In this document: positions 33,740 through 46,479 of the stretch, piece after piece
How positions within the stretch are numbered: position 1 is the stretch's first letter
How the letters are laid out: every line of letters starts with the position of its first letter
Origin: Camelus dromedarius
Taxonomy: Eukaryota
Assembly: GCF_036321535.1 (NCBI RefSeq)
Contig: NC_087472.1
Location: 4,712,001-4,776,000 of the forward strand
Direction: 5' to 3'
DNA: 64,000 bases
Translations under genes and position numbers: made by a program
Notes under the pieces: model-generated
What the model was told of the DNA's origin: nothing
Databases searched by the model: none
The model's input: only the letters and a program-made list of their open reading frames with translations

Positions 33740-34590
33740 GTAACTAGACACGTATTGCAATTGGGAAAATCTGGTACAGTGACAACACCAAATGCTGGGG
33801 AGGATTTGGAGCAGCAGGAACTCCCATTCATTGCTGGTGGGAATACAAGATGGTACAGTTACATTGGAACAGCTTGGCAGGATCTTATAAAAGTAAACAA
33901 ACTCTTACTGTATGATCCAGAAACCATATGGGTATTTACCCAAAGAAGTTGAAAACTTGTGTCCGCCCAGAAACCTACACGTGGATGTTTATAGCAGCTT
34001 TACTTAGAATTGCCAAACTATAGATGCAAACAAGAGGTCCTTAAGTCGGTGAATAAATACACTTTGGTATGTGCAGGAAATGGAGTATCACCCAGTGCAA
34101 AAAAGAAATGAGTTATCAAGCAAGGAATAGACATGAAGAACCTTCGATGCAATTACAAACTGAGTGATTCTGAAAAGGCAACATACGGTATTATTTCAAC
34201 TATGTGACATTCTGTGAAGGCAAAATGATGGAGACGCTAAGAAGATGAGTGTCTGCAGGCGCTGTGGGGAGAGGAATGAATAGGCGCTGTACAGCAGAGG
34301 GTGGTTAGTGACGTGAAATAGTCTGCATGATACCCCAGTGATGAGGGCATGTCATACACGTTTGCCCAAACCCAGGGAAGGTGCAGCACCAAGAGTGAAC
34401 CCCAAGGGAAACTCTAATTTCTAGGTGACAGCGTAGGTCCATCAATTCTGACACATGGACGACTCTGGTGGGTTGCTGATAAGGAGGCAGGCTACGTAGG
34501 TGTGGGGGCGGGAAGTAAATGGGAAATCTCTGTACCTTCTCTTTGTTGTTCTGTGCACCTAAAGGTGCTATAAAAATAAAGACTTTAAAA
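33740..34590 (+). mobile_element. L1MC-type LINE-1 3' end
   Basis: gacaacaccaaatgctgg...caccaagagtgaaccc...gggaaatctctgtacc...aaaataaagact. Confidence 0.8.
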
Positions 34591-36414
34591 TAACACACGG
34601 TATGAACAACGCTAGGTGAACAACAAAACGTGAGGACACCCGAGGGGAAGACTGCTGACTGGGGAGCTGACTCGTCCGTTGCGGGGTGGGGGTGGGGGGC
34701 AGCAGGGAGTGGGGGAGGGGCTGTGGGCCGCACAGACGCAGAGGGCAGGACAGGTAGGAGAGAAGATCTCCCGCTTCTGAGCGGTTTCGTGCCTACAGCT
34801 GGGGCAGGGCCCCGGACACACATGCCTCAGCCCTGGGGCTCTACCAGGACAGCAAGAAAGATGGGTCAGTTGAGGCATTTCCCTCCTGAGTCTCTGCTAA
34901 TACCCACCTGACATCAAACCTGCGTGAGGACTGGCCTGTGCAAAACACATCACTTAAACAGAACGTAAGGGAGAGACGGACAATAAGGTGGCGGTACCAG
35001 AGCACCTCACACGTGGTTATAGCAGGCACACTTTTGCGCCTTGGGTATGTATACCGTCTGCACGTACATACGAGCCCTCGTAAGATATAAACACGCACCC
35101 AGATACACGCGCTAGTACGTACACGGGTGGTGCGTGGATGTACGTGTACATAAGCACACACAGCCCGCACACGTGTCATACATACACGCACAGTAGGTGC
35201 AGATGAGAAATGTAGTTCTTACTATGCATGAGAATTAACAAGTGAAAGTCACGGCTCTGGAACAGGTACTATTACCTAGTCATCAACGCAAGGGATCCGC
35301 AACTCCCCTGCCACTGCTCAGCCTCTTCAGGAAAAGGTAAGTCTTTCGAACAGACCGTCTCCGAAGTCAGGCTGGCTGGCGAGGAGCCCCCGAGGGAAGG
35401 TGTGTTGCTCTCTGCCCCTTCACGGTCACCAGGAGGCAGGTCCCCTCCAGCATCTTTGCTGGGACTGCAGCCTTTGTGTGCCAGGGTGGCTGAGGACCTT
35501 CCTGGATGAGGACAAAGGGGTCCAACCACCCCGCAACAGAGGGACCCTAAGAACGCAAATCGGCCCCGCGCGGGAATCCTGGGGGCCCCCGGACGGGGCT
35601 GTCAGGCTGAGCAGTCCCCGGCCCCCACCTCCTCAGGGAACTCGGGGGGTCAGAGGCTAGGTCTGAGAGACGCAGTCTCAGGAGGGCAGAGGGTGGCTCC
35701 CAGATCCTGTCAGGAGTCCAGGTGAGGACACAGGAGCCTGAGGACCCCAGGGAATCCACCTCCGGCACCCCCACCCGCCCCCGACAGCCCTGGGAGACTC
35801 CAGGGCACTGGGTCCGGATGTCACGTGCACTGATGCCCCACCCTTGCGAGGTGAGAGAGGTGAGCGCCTGGGTGAGGGAGGCCGGCTTCAGGTCTGCACT
35901 GGGAAGGAGCCCAGCGCTGCCAGGAGTCAAGGTAAAACCGTGTGAGGGGACTTGGGGGGCGGGGGCAGGCATCCAGGTCGGTTTTGCGGTCACCCCTGGG
36001 AGACCCCAGGCAGGGTTGCGAGGATCAGATCCCCACCCCCTCATCCCCACTCCCCTCTCGGGGGTCCTGCCTGGGGAGGGTCTGAGTACAATGGGATCAA
36101 ACTCAGGTGGGCAGAGGGAGGGGCCCAGGCCCAGCCTGGAGCCCAGGTGGGGAGCAGAGGGAGGGCTGCGGGATCCCCGGGGAATCCATCTCAGCCCCTG
36201 GCGTCCACAGTCCTGGGAAGCCCTGGGCCTGGTGGCCTGATGTGCGTCCACAGACTCCCCTGGGGGTGTCAGGGCAGTGAGGGCCTTGGTGTGAGGGTGT
36301 GGGCTCGGGTCAACAAGGGGGCGTCCCAGGACCCGCCAGGGCTGAAGCTGAGGACGCTGAGGGAGGACAGAAGGAGCCCCACAGATCCCCGCCCCTGCTG
36401 TCAGCCCTGGGAGG

Positions 36415-38190
36415 GCCTGGGTGGGATGAGCACTCGTGGGGTCCTGACTTCCTGACATCCGGGTCTCGGAGGGACTGGGGTCCTGGGATGAGGGGCGGGG
36501 CCTCGGGTGGTCCAAGGGGAGGCCAGTGCTGCCTGAGTGAAAGTGAGGACCCTGAGGGAGAACAGGGGATCCCGCACCCCGGGACAGTGTTGGTCCTTGG
36601 AGACCTTAGGGCAGGGTGACCAGCGGCGGCATTTCCTGACATCCGGGTCTCACAGGGTCTGGGGTCCTGGGATGAGGGGTGGGGCTTCGAGGGTTCCAAG
36701 GGGAGGCTACATACCGCCTGAGTCAAAGTGAGGACCCCGAGGGAGAACGGATGGATCCTGCACCCCGGGACAGTGTTGGACCTTGGAGGCCTTGGGGCAG
36801 GGTGACCACCGGTGGCATTTCCTGACATCCGGGTCTCAGAGGGACTGGGGTCCTGATATGACGGGCGGGGCCTCGGGTTGCCAGAAGGTAGACCACATGC
36901 TGCCTGAGTCAAAGTGAGGACCCTGAGGGAGGAAGGAAGGGCCCCGGAACCCAGAAAACAGACCATCCACAGACAGGGAACCTTACTATCAGCTGCCCGG
37001 AGGCCCGAGGGCAGGACAGGCCCACGTGTCGTGTCATGACTGCGGCACCCTGGTCTCAGAGAGACCGGGGACTTTGTGTGAGATGGGGGGACCCTCAGAT
37101 ATTCAGAGGAGAGAATCCGATGTCCCACTGGGAGTGAAGGTGACGACTGCGAGCGAGCAGTGAGGGACCCTGGACCCTAAAACATAATGAGTCCTGGGAA
37201 GCCATAGGTCGGAATAACCAGAGGCGGCATTTCCTGACATCCGGGTCTCACAGGGACTGGGGTCCTGGGATGAGGGGCGGGGCCACGGGTGGGCAGAGGG
37301 GAGACGACATGCCGCCTGAGTGACGACGCTGAGGGAGAACTGAGGGGACCCGGGACCCAGAAGATAGGCCACCCCACAGAAAGGCGCCCTTGCTATCAGC
37401 TGTCCGGAGGCCCGAGGGGAGGACAGGCCCACGAGGTTTGTCCTGACTTCCGCATCGGGGTCTCAGAGAGACTGGGGACATAGTGAAAGGGAGGCGGGGA
37501 TCTCAGGTCTGCGGAGGCGAGAATCTCAGGTCCCCCTGGGAGTGAAGGTGACGACTGCGAGCGAGCAGTGAGGGACCCTGGACCCTAAAACATAATGAGT
37601 CCTGGGAAGCCATAGGTCGGAATAACCAGAGGCGGCATTTCCTGACATCCGGGTCTCACAGGGACTGGGGACATAGAGAAAGGGAGGCGGGGGGCTCAGG
37701 TCTGCGGAGGAGAGAATCTCAGGGCCGCCTGGGAGTGAAGGTGACGACCGCGAGTTAGCACTCAGGGACCCTGCACCCCAGAAGAGAGTCAGTCCTGGGA
37801 GGCCATAGGGCGGGAGGACCTCAGGCAGCAGTTCCTGAAATGCGGGTCTCAGAGGGACTGGCGTCCTGGTATGACGGGCGGGGCCTCAGGTGGGCTGAGA
37901 GGGGAATCTCAACTCCTGCCAAGAGTCAAGGTGAGGACCCCGAGGGAGGAGTGAGGGGACCCGAGACCCCAGAACAGGGGGACGCAACCGATCCTGCCCC
38001 TGCTGGCAGCCCTGGGAGGCCCCCAGGCAGGATGAGCACACGTGGTGTGTCCTGACTTCCGCATCCAGGTCTCAGAGAGACCTCGGACTGATTATAAGGA
38101 GGGCCCCTCAGGTGGTTGGAGAGCCGAATCCCAGGTCCCGCTTGGAGTCACGGTGAGGACCCTGAGCTAGCGCGGAGAGGACCTCCCGTG
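36415..38190 (+). promoter_or_regulatory. Array of ~9 promoter/first-exon cassettes upstream of G4
   Basis: Duplicate of the G1 array. Confidence 0.75.
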
Positions 38191-38749
38191 CTAGAAGAGT
38201 GGGAACCTGCCAGAGTCCAGGCCTCCTGCCACCACGCGGGTCCAGGGCTGTACCACAGTGTAGACCCGAGGTCTCCCCTCCTTTCTCTTCCAGGGGCTCC
38301 AGACACCGGGAGGTGAAGGCCTAGGTCTGAGACACGTGTCCTCGGGTCACAGAGCACAGGAGGCCGGCAGTGCCGGGTGAGGTGTGGGCCCTGAGTGTGT
38401 ACCCGGGGGCTCCCGGAACAGACGGGAACCCACAAGGCCAACGTCCACTCCACACACCCCCTGTCGCCCCCAGAACCTCGGGCTGGTGCCGGCAGCACCC
38501 TGAGGAGTTGCCTCACTTCCCCCGTCAGGTTCACAGACGACCGTCCACCAGGAGGAGAGCCCCTGTGAGGCCGAGGGCACCCCTGAAGAGGAGACCTGTA
38601 AGTCGCCTTTGTCAGAGCCCCTCAGGGTGGGTTTCTCAGCCCAGCCTGCTGACACACCCTCTCTCCCCCAGGCCCTTGGGTCTCCATTTGTCACCCCTTC
38701 CCTCGCTCCTCTCGGCTGCCCGACACCACTCATCGTGCCCCCCGTTGAG

Positions 38750-39550
38750 ATGAGTGAGCTCCGCAAGGCTGCGGAAGACCTTCAGGACCCCAGAGACTCG
38801 CGGGGCCTCATGGATGTTCAGCAGATGGAGGCTGAGCAGGAGGGGGGCGCATCCCCCTGGTCCTCCTCCTCCTCAGTCTCCTCTTCCTACTCTGCCTGTG
38901 CCGTGTCCCTGCTCCATGATGCACAGCCTTCGATGGTGACTGACCTGGTGGGCTTCCTGCTCCTCAAGTATCACAGGAAGCAGCCGACCACCAGGGCAGA
39001 AATGCTGAGTATCTTCCTCAGAGAATACCAGCACCATTTCCCTGCGGTCTTCAGCCAGGCCTCTGAGTACATGCAGCTGGTCTTTGGGGTGGATGTGAAG
39101 GAGGTGGATCCCGGGGGCCACTGGTATGTCCTGGTCCCCACCCTGGGCCTCACCTGTGATGGGATGCTGGGCGATGGGCAGAGCATGCCCAAGAACGGCC
39201 TCCTGGTGATGCTCCTTTGCATGATCCACCTGGAGGGAGAGCGCCTCCCTGAGGAGGAGGTGTGGGGAGCACTGAGCAAGCTGGGGCTGCGTGCTGGGAG
39301 GGAGCACTTCATCTACGGGGAGCCCAGGGAGCTCATCACCAAAGCGTGGGTGCAGGAGGGGTACCTGGAGTACCGGCAGGTGGCCGACAGCGATCCCGCT
39401 CGCTTCGAGTTCCTGTGGGGCCCCCGGGCCCACGCGGAGATCAGCAAGTTGCAAGTCCTGGAGCATGTACACAGGGCCAGTAGACGGGGTCCCAGTTCCT
39501 TCCCATCCCTGTCAGATGAGGCTGCTAGCGATGAGGAAGAGGAGGCCTGA
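38750..39550 (+). CDS. MAGE-A-like protein G4 (266 aa, identical translation to G1); 69-nt exon at 38529-38597
   Basis: Same protein as G1. One synonymous difference seen (TCC/TCG). Confidence 0.93.
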   Translation: MSELRKAAEDLQDPRDSRGLMDVQQMEAEQEGGASPWSSSSSVSSSYSACAVSLLHDAQPSMVTDLVGFLLLKYHRKQPTTRAEMLSIFLREYQHHFPAVFSQASEYMQLVFGVDVKEVDPGGHWYVLVPTLGLTCDGMLGDGQSMPKNGLLVMLLCMIHLEGERLPEEEVWGALSKLGLRAGREHFIYGEPRELITKAWVQEGYLEYRQVADSDPARFEFLWGPRAHAEISKLQVLEHVHRASRRGPSSFPSLSDEAASDEEEEA

Positions 39551-42500
39551 GCCAGACTTGCAGCCGTGCTCCTCCAGGCCCCTGTCCACCAGCAGCTTCT
39601 CCTGCCGGGCAGGAAGGGAGTCCATCCCTCACTCTGTGTTTGCAGAGCGAGCGGTCAGCCTTGGAAGGAGTGAGGGCCCGGGCCAGCTCGGGGGGCACGG
39701 CGTACAGCATCTCTGGGCTCCTCCCGTCCTTTATGGTGACGTGGAAATTGATCTTTGTTTCCTGTAGGTGTTTTTCAGTGCTGTTCCTGTTAATAGAAGA
39801 TTTAATAAGCTTCAGTATCTAACTTTGTGAATGACATTGATCACAACGTGTGTGTGCTTATCCAGTTCAAACACAACAGTTTTCCTCTTCTGTAAAGGAG
39901 ACTGAAATCTGTCTCTCTTTTTTTTTTTTTCCTGTCATCCTGGATGACATAATATGGAATTGCAATTAGAATTGTTTGGGAAATGTGAGAGTAATTAGCA
40001 ATAATATAGATGAGGGAAGATTTAGAACAATAAAAGTAAAAATATTAACTCGCTTCTTATCCCTTCTTGTTTGTCATTTTATACGTGTAATATCCCTATG
40101 TTTAATTGGATTTCCACGGGTTATTTAAGAAAGTAGGAGAAAATCAGTCTGAATCAATAGGATCCCCGCTCACCGTCTCACTTCATCCGCACACATTCAC
40201 CGAGCCTCTGCTCTTCTCTTTGGGAAGCTGGGGTTGGGGGCGGGGGTCCTTCTGTGGGAGGTGATGGTAATGAAGCTGGGTGGTGGCGGCAGGCAGACGT
40301 GCAGACGGCACTTTTAGTGGTGAGAGGAACGTGTCAGGTGGGAGGTTGCTGTGAGCAGTCCCTCTGGGATCGTGGATACATCTCCTGGGCGAGAGGGGAA
40401 GATGCACTTTGTTCAGGGATGCTTAGAGACCTGGTTATCCTGCCTGAGCTGCTAGGACACTCAGAATGCTCCGAATGCAGGGAGGAGTGGCGTTTGATGT
40501 GGCTCCCAGTGTACTCCGTCCTGGCGTATATAGTTGAAGAGCTTTGGTAACCGCCCCAAACGCGGGGTAGGATTTACTGGGGTGTGTTCTTGGAAACGGT
40601 CTGCTGGACACTTACACTGATGGCTCAGCTCCCCTCGATGGTCAGACTCCAAAGCCATAGGTGCAGAATGGTCCTGGAATTCGCAGGGAGGGAACGCCCG
40701 CCGAGGCTGAATACAAAACAGCTCAGAATCCTCCTTGGAGATGAAAGATGGTTCTTGGTGGGTATTCTAGCCTGATTTGTAAAGAGAAACTAGTTAACCA
40801 TCCTTCCTCTGTGTCTAGTCTGCTGCCTGCCGCACAGGAAGGTCCTGGCTTTCAGGGTCCCTGATGCCACCTGAGCAGGTGCTCGGGCACTTCCGGTCCC
40901 GTGGAGGGCTGCTGAGTTTCCGAGGCTGAGCCTGTGTCCTGGCTTCAGGGCCAGAGAGCACGTTGCCAGCCCGCCGGCCTTGTGGGCGTTACTGCAGAGG
41001 GCAGGGCAGGATCGTGCTGTGGAGCGATCGGGGTGAACCCTCCCTGCGGACAGGTACTAGGTCCTGCGAGAGCACATGGAATGTTGTATTTGAAAGGACG
41101 TGTCAGAGGCAAGTGATTAGAGAACGTTGGAGGATTTCGAGGCACATGTGGCTTCTCAGAAGCTCCTCCAGCGGATGAAGGGAACTGCTTTCATCCCCAA
41201 TTACACTAGCTGCTTTTCGTCGAGCACCTAGTACCCAGCGCTGTTCCGGAGAGACCTTGAGTGTGGCCCATGTCTTGTCTTCCTCTCCTTCCTGGACGCT
41301 GAGTGGAGGGAATATGAGATTCTTCGTGTAAACCTACAAATATTTTGTAGTAAAAAGGTGTTAAAGATCACTTTAGTAAATCCGAAGACGGAAAATAAAG
41401 TCCGTTTAAGAATCAATAGCACATTGGCCGGCAAAAAGATACCACGTGCCCTGGCTGCTGGGTTATGTGGAAAGGTATTTGGGGTCCAGGCGGTCCTTAC
41501 TCCAGGGGCTGAGCTCCCAAAGAAGCAGGAAATGCTCCTGAGAGACTGTTTGATGCAACCTCGGACCAGGCAAAGTCCCTTCAGGGCCAAGGGGAGGAGC
41601 CAGACAGCTCCTCCCAGTGGCACAGTCGCAAGGTGTGTGTGTCTCCTTGGACTGCTGTCTTCCTAGAGCCTTCCAGGACAGCTGTGATGTAGAGATGGGG
41701 GAGGAGGGAGGAGCATTTTGGACTGTGGGCACTGCAGAAGCTGTCTTGGGGGTGGTACGGCAGAGGGACCAGGGAGGGGCCAAGACCCCTGGGAGCAGGA
41801 GGCAGGGACACAGCACAGGAGTCTGTAGCTGAGCTGAAAGGCAAGAACTGCACGAGGACGGTGCACTCCTCTCCCCACTGCCCTCCTCCCGGGATCCACC
41901 CCTCTCTCCCTGTTCCCTTACCCACGGGGCAGGTCAGGCCTGGCCAGGAGGAGGGGATTGACGCGGATGGGGGTCCGGTGCCTGATCTGCTGGGGATGGT
42001 GAGAAGAACCTGGATCCAGGAAGCTGTGTGAGGCAGCAGCCCCAATGGCTCTGTAGAGATTGGAGTGCCCTGTGCCTGGGGTTCAACCCAGGGCTTCCCT
42101 GACCCCTGTGGTATATAGCACCTTGGCCCCACCCTCTCGAACTTGGCCTCACTCTGCCCAGCTTGGGGTTTTATCCTTCCTGTCCATTTACCGACAAGCG
42201 CTCAGCCCACGATGGGACCCAGTGGTGAAGGTTGTCTGCAGTCATCTGTAAGTGAAAGTCCCCGGATAGGAATCTTCTTTCACAATCACAAATGATTCAG
42301 GTAAGTTGACAGGAGTTGATGTAGCCTGTTGGTGTCCCAGTGGCTGGTTAATAAGAACCCTTCGCTATGTGAGTAAGTGACAAAATGCTACAATTATCAA
42401 TCATTCTTCAGATGATTCCCCATGTGATTCCCAAACTTTGATGAAACTGGTCACCTTGGCTGGGTAACGATGAGAGTTCCTTTCTGAGATTTTTCCTGAA

Positions 42501-42899
42501 AAGTGGTGCAGGGTTGACCCTTCAGCCACCCATCAAGCCAGCTAGGCCTTAGTGTCCTCAAACAGGCAGTTGGAGCAAACAAAAGGCGGGAGCAGATGGC
42601 AGGAATGGTCACCAGGGTGCCCCCCAGACCCCAGACATCCTTGGACTCAGACGAGGATGGAATGAGCTGCCTTCATCCCTTGGAGCATTTTATGCCTGTG
42701 CAGGTCACAGGCACTTCCTCACTGAGCCTTGAAGTCACCCAGCTGTTTTGACTGCAGGGTGCAGTGCCTGTGCGTGACCACACGGACTTACTGTGGGATG
42801 CGGAAACTTTGTTCTCCTCATACTAACGGTACCTGCTTACCAGTACTGTCCCATTTATTCACGGGGTCGAGGAGATGATCTCATTTGCTAAAGCAAGAG

Positions 42900-45800
42900 A
42901 CAGGATACAGTTGCCTTGAGATTCTGGCTTTTGATAGAGTTCCATTCATACACCTGGGGAACATCACTCCTGGAATTTCTGACAGATGGCAGCGATTGCC
43001 CCTGTCCACGTCTTACGCCTCCGATAGCTGAGTTTCCGTGTCTGACTTGCGCTTGACTCTTTCGTTCGCTTCTGCTGCCATTTCAGAGCCCAGTGGTCTT
43101 AGTAATTTTTGGAAAACAGACATCCCCTGGTACCCCTGCAGAGACAAGCCTAATCAAAGCAGCAGTGTCAGGCCTCTTTATCCTCCCCTTTGATCCCATG
43201 ACTAGTCTTTCAAAGGAGCTGACCCTGGGGAGGCAGGCCCCTTCGACAGAGGGCCATTCTGGAGAAGCTCTTCACTGTGGGTCATCATCCACCATCACCC
43301 GTAGCAGCTGGGCGAACGAGTGCCTTAGTCATGACGAGGAGATCTGGGCGGTAGCACCCCATCCGTTGTAATCCGTCCCTGGCAACACTCATCTGGCAAG
43401 TTCACCTCATTTGAGGATGGCTCCTTGAGGATTCTGGTTGGTCTCTTCCTAAAGAATCATAGACGACAAGGATCGTGGACAAATAATGGGCCCTCTGTGG
43501 CAGCAGGCTGCTAAGCCACAACTGCTGGTCACTCTCTTCTGCCTCCTGTCCATTCTAGAGTCCCCGTAGTCTCGGCCAGGACCTCTGCTGTCTTCGGTGG
43601 CCCTTACTTGGTGAGGTAATGCAGACTTCTGTCCCTGAGGGCTCTGAGCCCCTGGTCCGATGCCCTTCTCAGGCTGTTGCTCTTGCACTTGAGCATTTAC
43701 AGAGAAAGTAAGCAGGGACACCAAGACACATTCAAGTGCGCCACCTGGGCATTCGGCATGTCACTCTCTGTTCCCGTTGTGCCCGAGTAACCCTGCCCCC
43801 TCCTTGTGATCAGGGTCAACTATCCCCGGCAGGATGGCGACTCCTCTGTGCGCCTGCTGGTCCCCAAGTAGGAGGAGCCCAGTGTGCCCTGGGAGGACCC
43901 ATGGCTTCTAGGTCAATAGGATTCTTATCTTGCCTCCTGGTGGAAACATTCTCACTTTTTGAACAATATGTCTAGCCAGCACTGACCAGTATCCACATGA
44001 GGCTGAGTATGAGTACTGAAATGTGCCTAGTGTGTCCGATGGCCTAAACGTTTAACTTAAGATAATACAGTGAAATGTACATAGGTACATGTGGCTAAAG
44101 GCTAGACAGCACAGGAGTGGACCTACAGAACCTAAACTTGGGGGACACGAAGCACAGATTCCCATGAAGGTCACAGGGAGTGATGGCAAGTGGGGGCACT
44201 CAACCCTCTGGTTCATGGATCATGTATTTGATCTCTTGCTGGGAAATGATGATGATATATTTAGAGTGTGTCCAGTAACCTGGAGGATGACACCCCATCC
44301 TCCGGGGCTGTCGTCTCCCACTTGGCACCTCGTTTGTGCTTGGAAGAGGCCATTTCACTGCTCCAGAAGACCAGCAGCTTCTGGAAGGTGCGGGCTGAGG
44401 TAGCAGCTTTGGATCTCATGGCCTCCCTCTGAGCACCTCGTTCGCTGTAAGAGAGTCTCTTGGTCCCAGGTGGTCAAAGGAGACATCCTGTTAGTCAATT
44501 GGGCATTCTGTGAGCCCTCAGTTAGTAGCACCAGACAAGGCACTACAAGTAGGAAAGTCAAAGCCATACCTAGAATGTGTATAAATTTCAGTAAACTTGA
44601 ACTTCTCCCCCTTCAAGGATGGAAGTGAGATGTTGTCAACAAGTAGCCATATTGGCTCATTGGTCTACTTGAGCAGTGGTGCAACACTGGAGATTAGGCA
44701 TTAGCGTCTGTACTGGCAGGGTCAACATGTGGCAGCAGCAGTAGCTAATCTGCCTTGGGTGGGTGGGTATGCTGTTGAACGCATACCTAGCATCTGCCCC
44801 CGCCACCATGGCTACTCCGTGTATCAGAACATTGTGCAGCAACGATGTGGCCACTTACAGAGGCTGGCTGCTGTCAATTAGTCAGGCCATTCTGTCTTCT
44901 TCACCGTTTAGTGCCTCCACTGTGGTGGATGCTTCTGTGAGCATTAAGGTGTCATATACATATCTTCACGTCCAGTGCCCCTTGCAATAAGTCCGTTGAT
45001 ATAGCCCTTCTCCGAACCTACTTGTTGCAATCTCCAAATAGTTCTCATTCTAGGTCCCTGACCAACTGGCCAATCCCTTTCCCGTCGTCTTTAAGTCCAT
45101 GTATATTCTTAGCTTGGGCCACTTCTTTTATCCATACAACGTGGATCACTAGATGCACCATGTGAGGCTCTGCCCACTGGGAGAATGCTTCTGCTCACCA
45201 CTGCCTTTCAAGGTCACTCTTGATTAAGGCAGTATTGCAGCAGGAGTCCATTTTCACCTTGTACCTGAAATTCAAGCAACCCGCTGATCAACTATGCTCA
45301 GCATTTCTACCCCTCCTGTAGCTGGTCATGAAAGAAGTTCCTGGTCCGTTAAGCTACAGGAATGAGCTGAGGGGCAGGTGCTGGTGCAACATCTACAGGT
45401 GCTGTTGGGTCTAGGTCACCTTCTTGTAATCCATGGCCCTGCTTGTGTCTGGTCCCAGACACACCACTTCCATTTGATGGTGGATGACTGTTGCAATCAC
45501 CTCACTTTGTGGTTCTGGCAGAACCGACCTCATGAGGACCGATGGCTGCATGTCAGATGCCGAGGCTGTTCTGATCTGTTCTAGCAAAGATAACAAATCT
45601 GGTAAAGCAGTAGCCATTGAGTATGCGGTAGTCTGTAGTCCTCCTTTAGCATCCATCCGGTTTCAGTAGGGTCCAGACTGCTGAGGAGGTATGATGGGGA
45701 CCACCAGCCCTGCATCCTGTTGGTCTTAAGGGTGTCATTAATATTTGGCATCTCCCCAGATGAAATCTTGGTTTCTGTTTACTCTCATGGTCAAGGTACC

Positions 45801-46468
45801 AGGAGTACACTCAGCCTTCCCCACTCTAATAGCTCTTATAATAACGGCCCCAGACCCAGGCGGGACTTGTGCCCATCATCAAGCCAGTCCATTTTAATTA
45901 CACATTTGGAGACTGCAGGCACAAGTGCTCTGGGTCAGACCTAGGGCAAAACGCCACATACTCCTGGTCTACACATGCTTCCACTCTACCAGGGGGCCTT
46001 GATGAAGCTAAAGGTACAGAGTATCAGGGCCAAAGCACATCCTGTTTCCAGGAGTTCTCACAGCGTTTCGATATTGCCTCTTTCCCCAGTGTTCGGTTGC
46101 CAAGGTGAATGGACGTAGGTCTCTTTGTGCGATAGACTTGGGGAACCATTACTATAGAAATTTGCCACGATGTTTTGGGGTCTTTCCTCAGAGGGGCCCC
46201 TCCTACCCTTCAGTCAATGGATTCTGCCTCTGACAGTTGGCTCAGGTCTGGAAACCAGGGAGGAGATCTCGACTTTGGTTGGAGCAGTTTACCCCAGCCT
46301 CTTGCTGACACACCCTTGATTTCTTTTGTTTATACAAGTTAAGCAACATACTTGTTGGCTGTCCATCTGTCTTGACAATAAAAATACTGTGTCCTGTTGA
46401 CAATCTCTATACCTCTCTGCAGGTCAGAGCCCCAGATGCTGTCAACTTTGTTGCTTATCACAATCATT
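42900..46468 (-). mobile_element. Degenerate ERVL-class endogenous retrovirus internal region (gag/pol/integrase); continues at 50153-50440
   Basis: Minus-strand remnants: ALPDLLSLLEQI (RT start, ~45560), QWAEPHMVHLVIH...GLASWSGT (RNase H, ~45050-45190), LPSLKGEKFKFTEIYTHSRYGFDFP (integrase, ~44550-44630). Boundaries approximate; no LTR recognised. Confidence 0.8.
43965..44115. mobile_element. MER3-like hAT-Charlie fragment inside the ERVL
   Basis: ccacatgaggctgagtatgagtactgaaatgtgcctag...acatgtggcta...gacagcac. Confidence 0.6.
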
Positions 46469-46479
46469 GTGACCACTTT

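Larger units (their letters stand above)
34416..41024 (+). repeat. Direct segmental duplication, copy 2 (partner 1-6626; left edge undefined because copy 1 leaves the window)
   Basis: See copy 1. Confidence 0.97.

Noticed and set aside
41900-42900. Possible env-like region 3' of the ERVL pol
   Set aside because: No envelope motifs found in hand translation.
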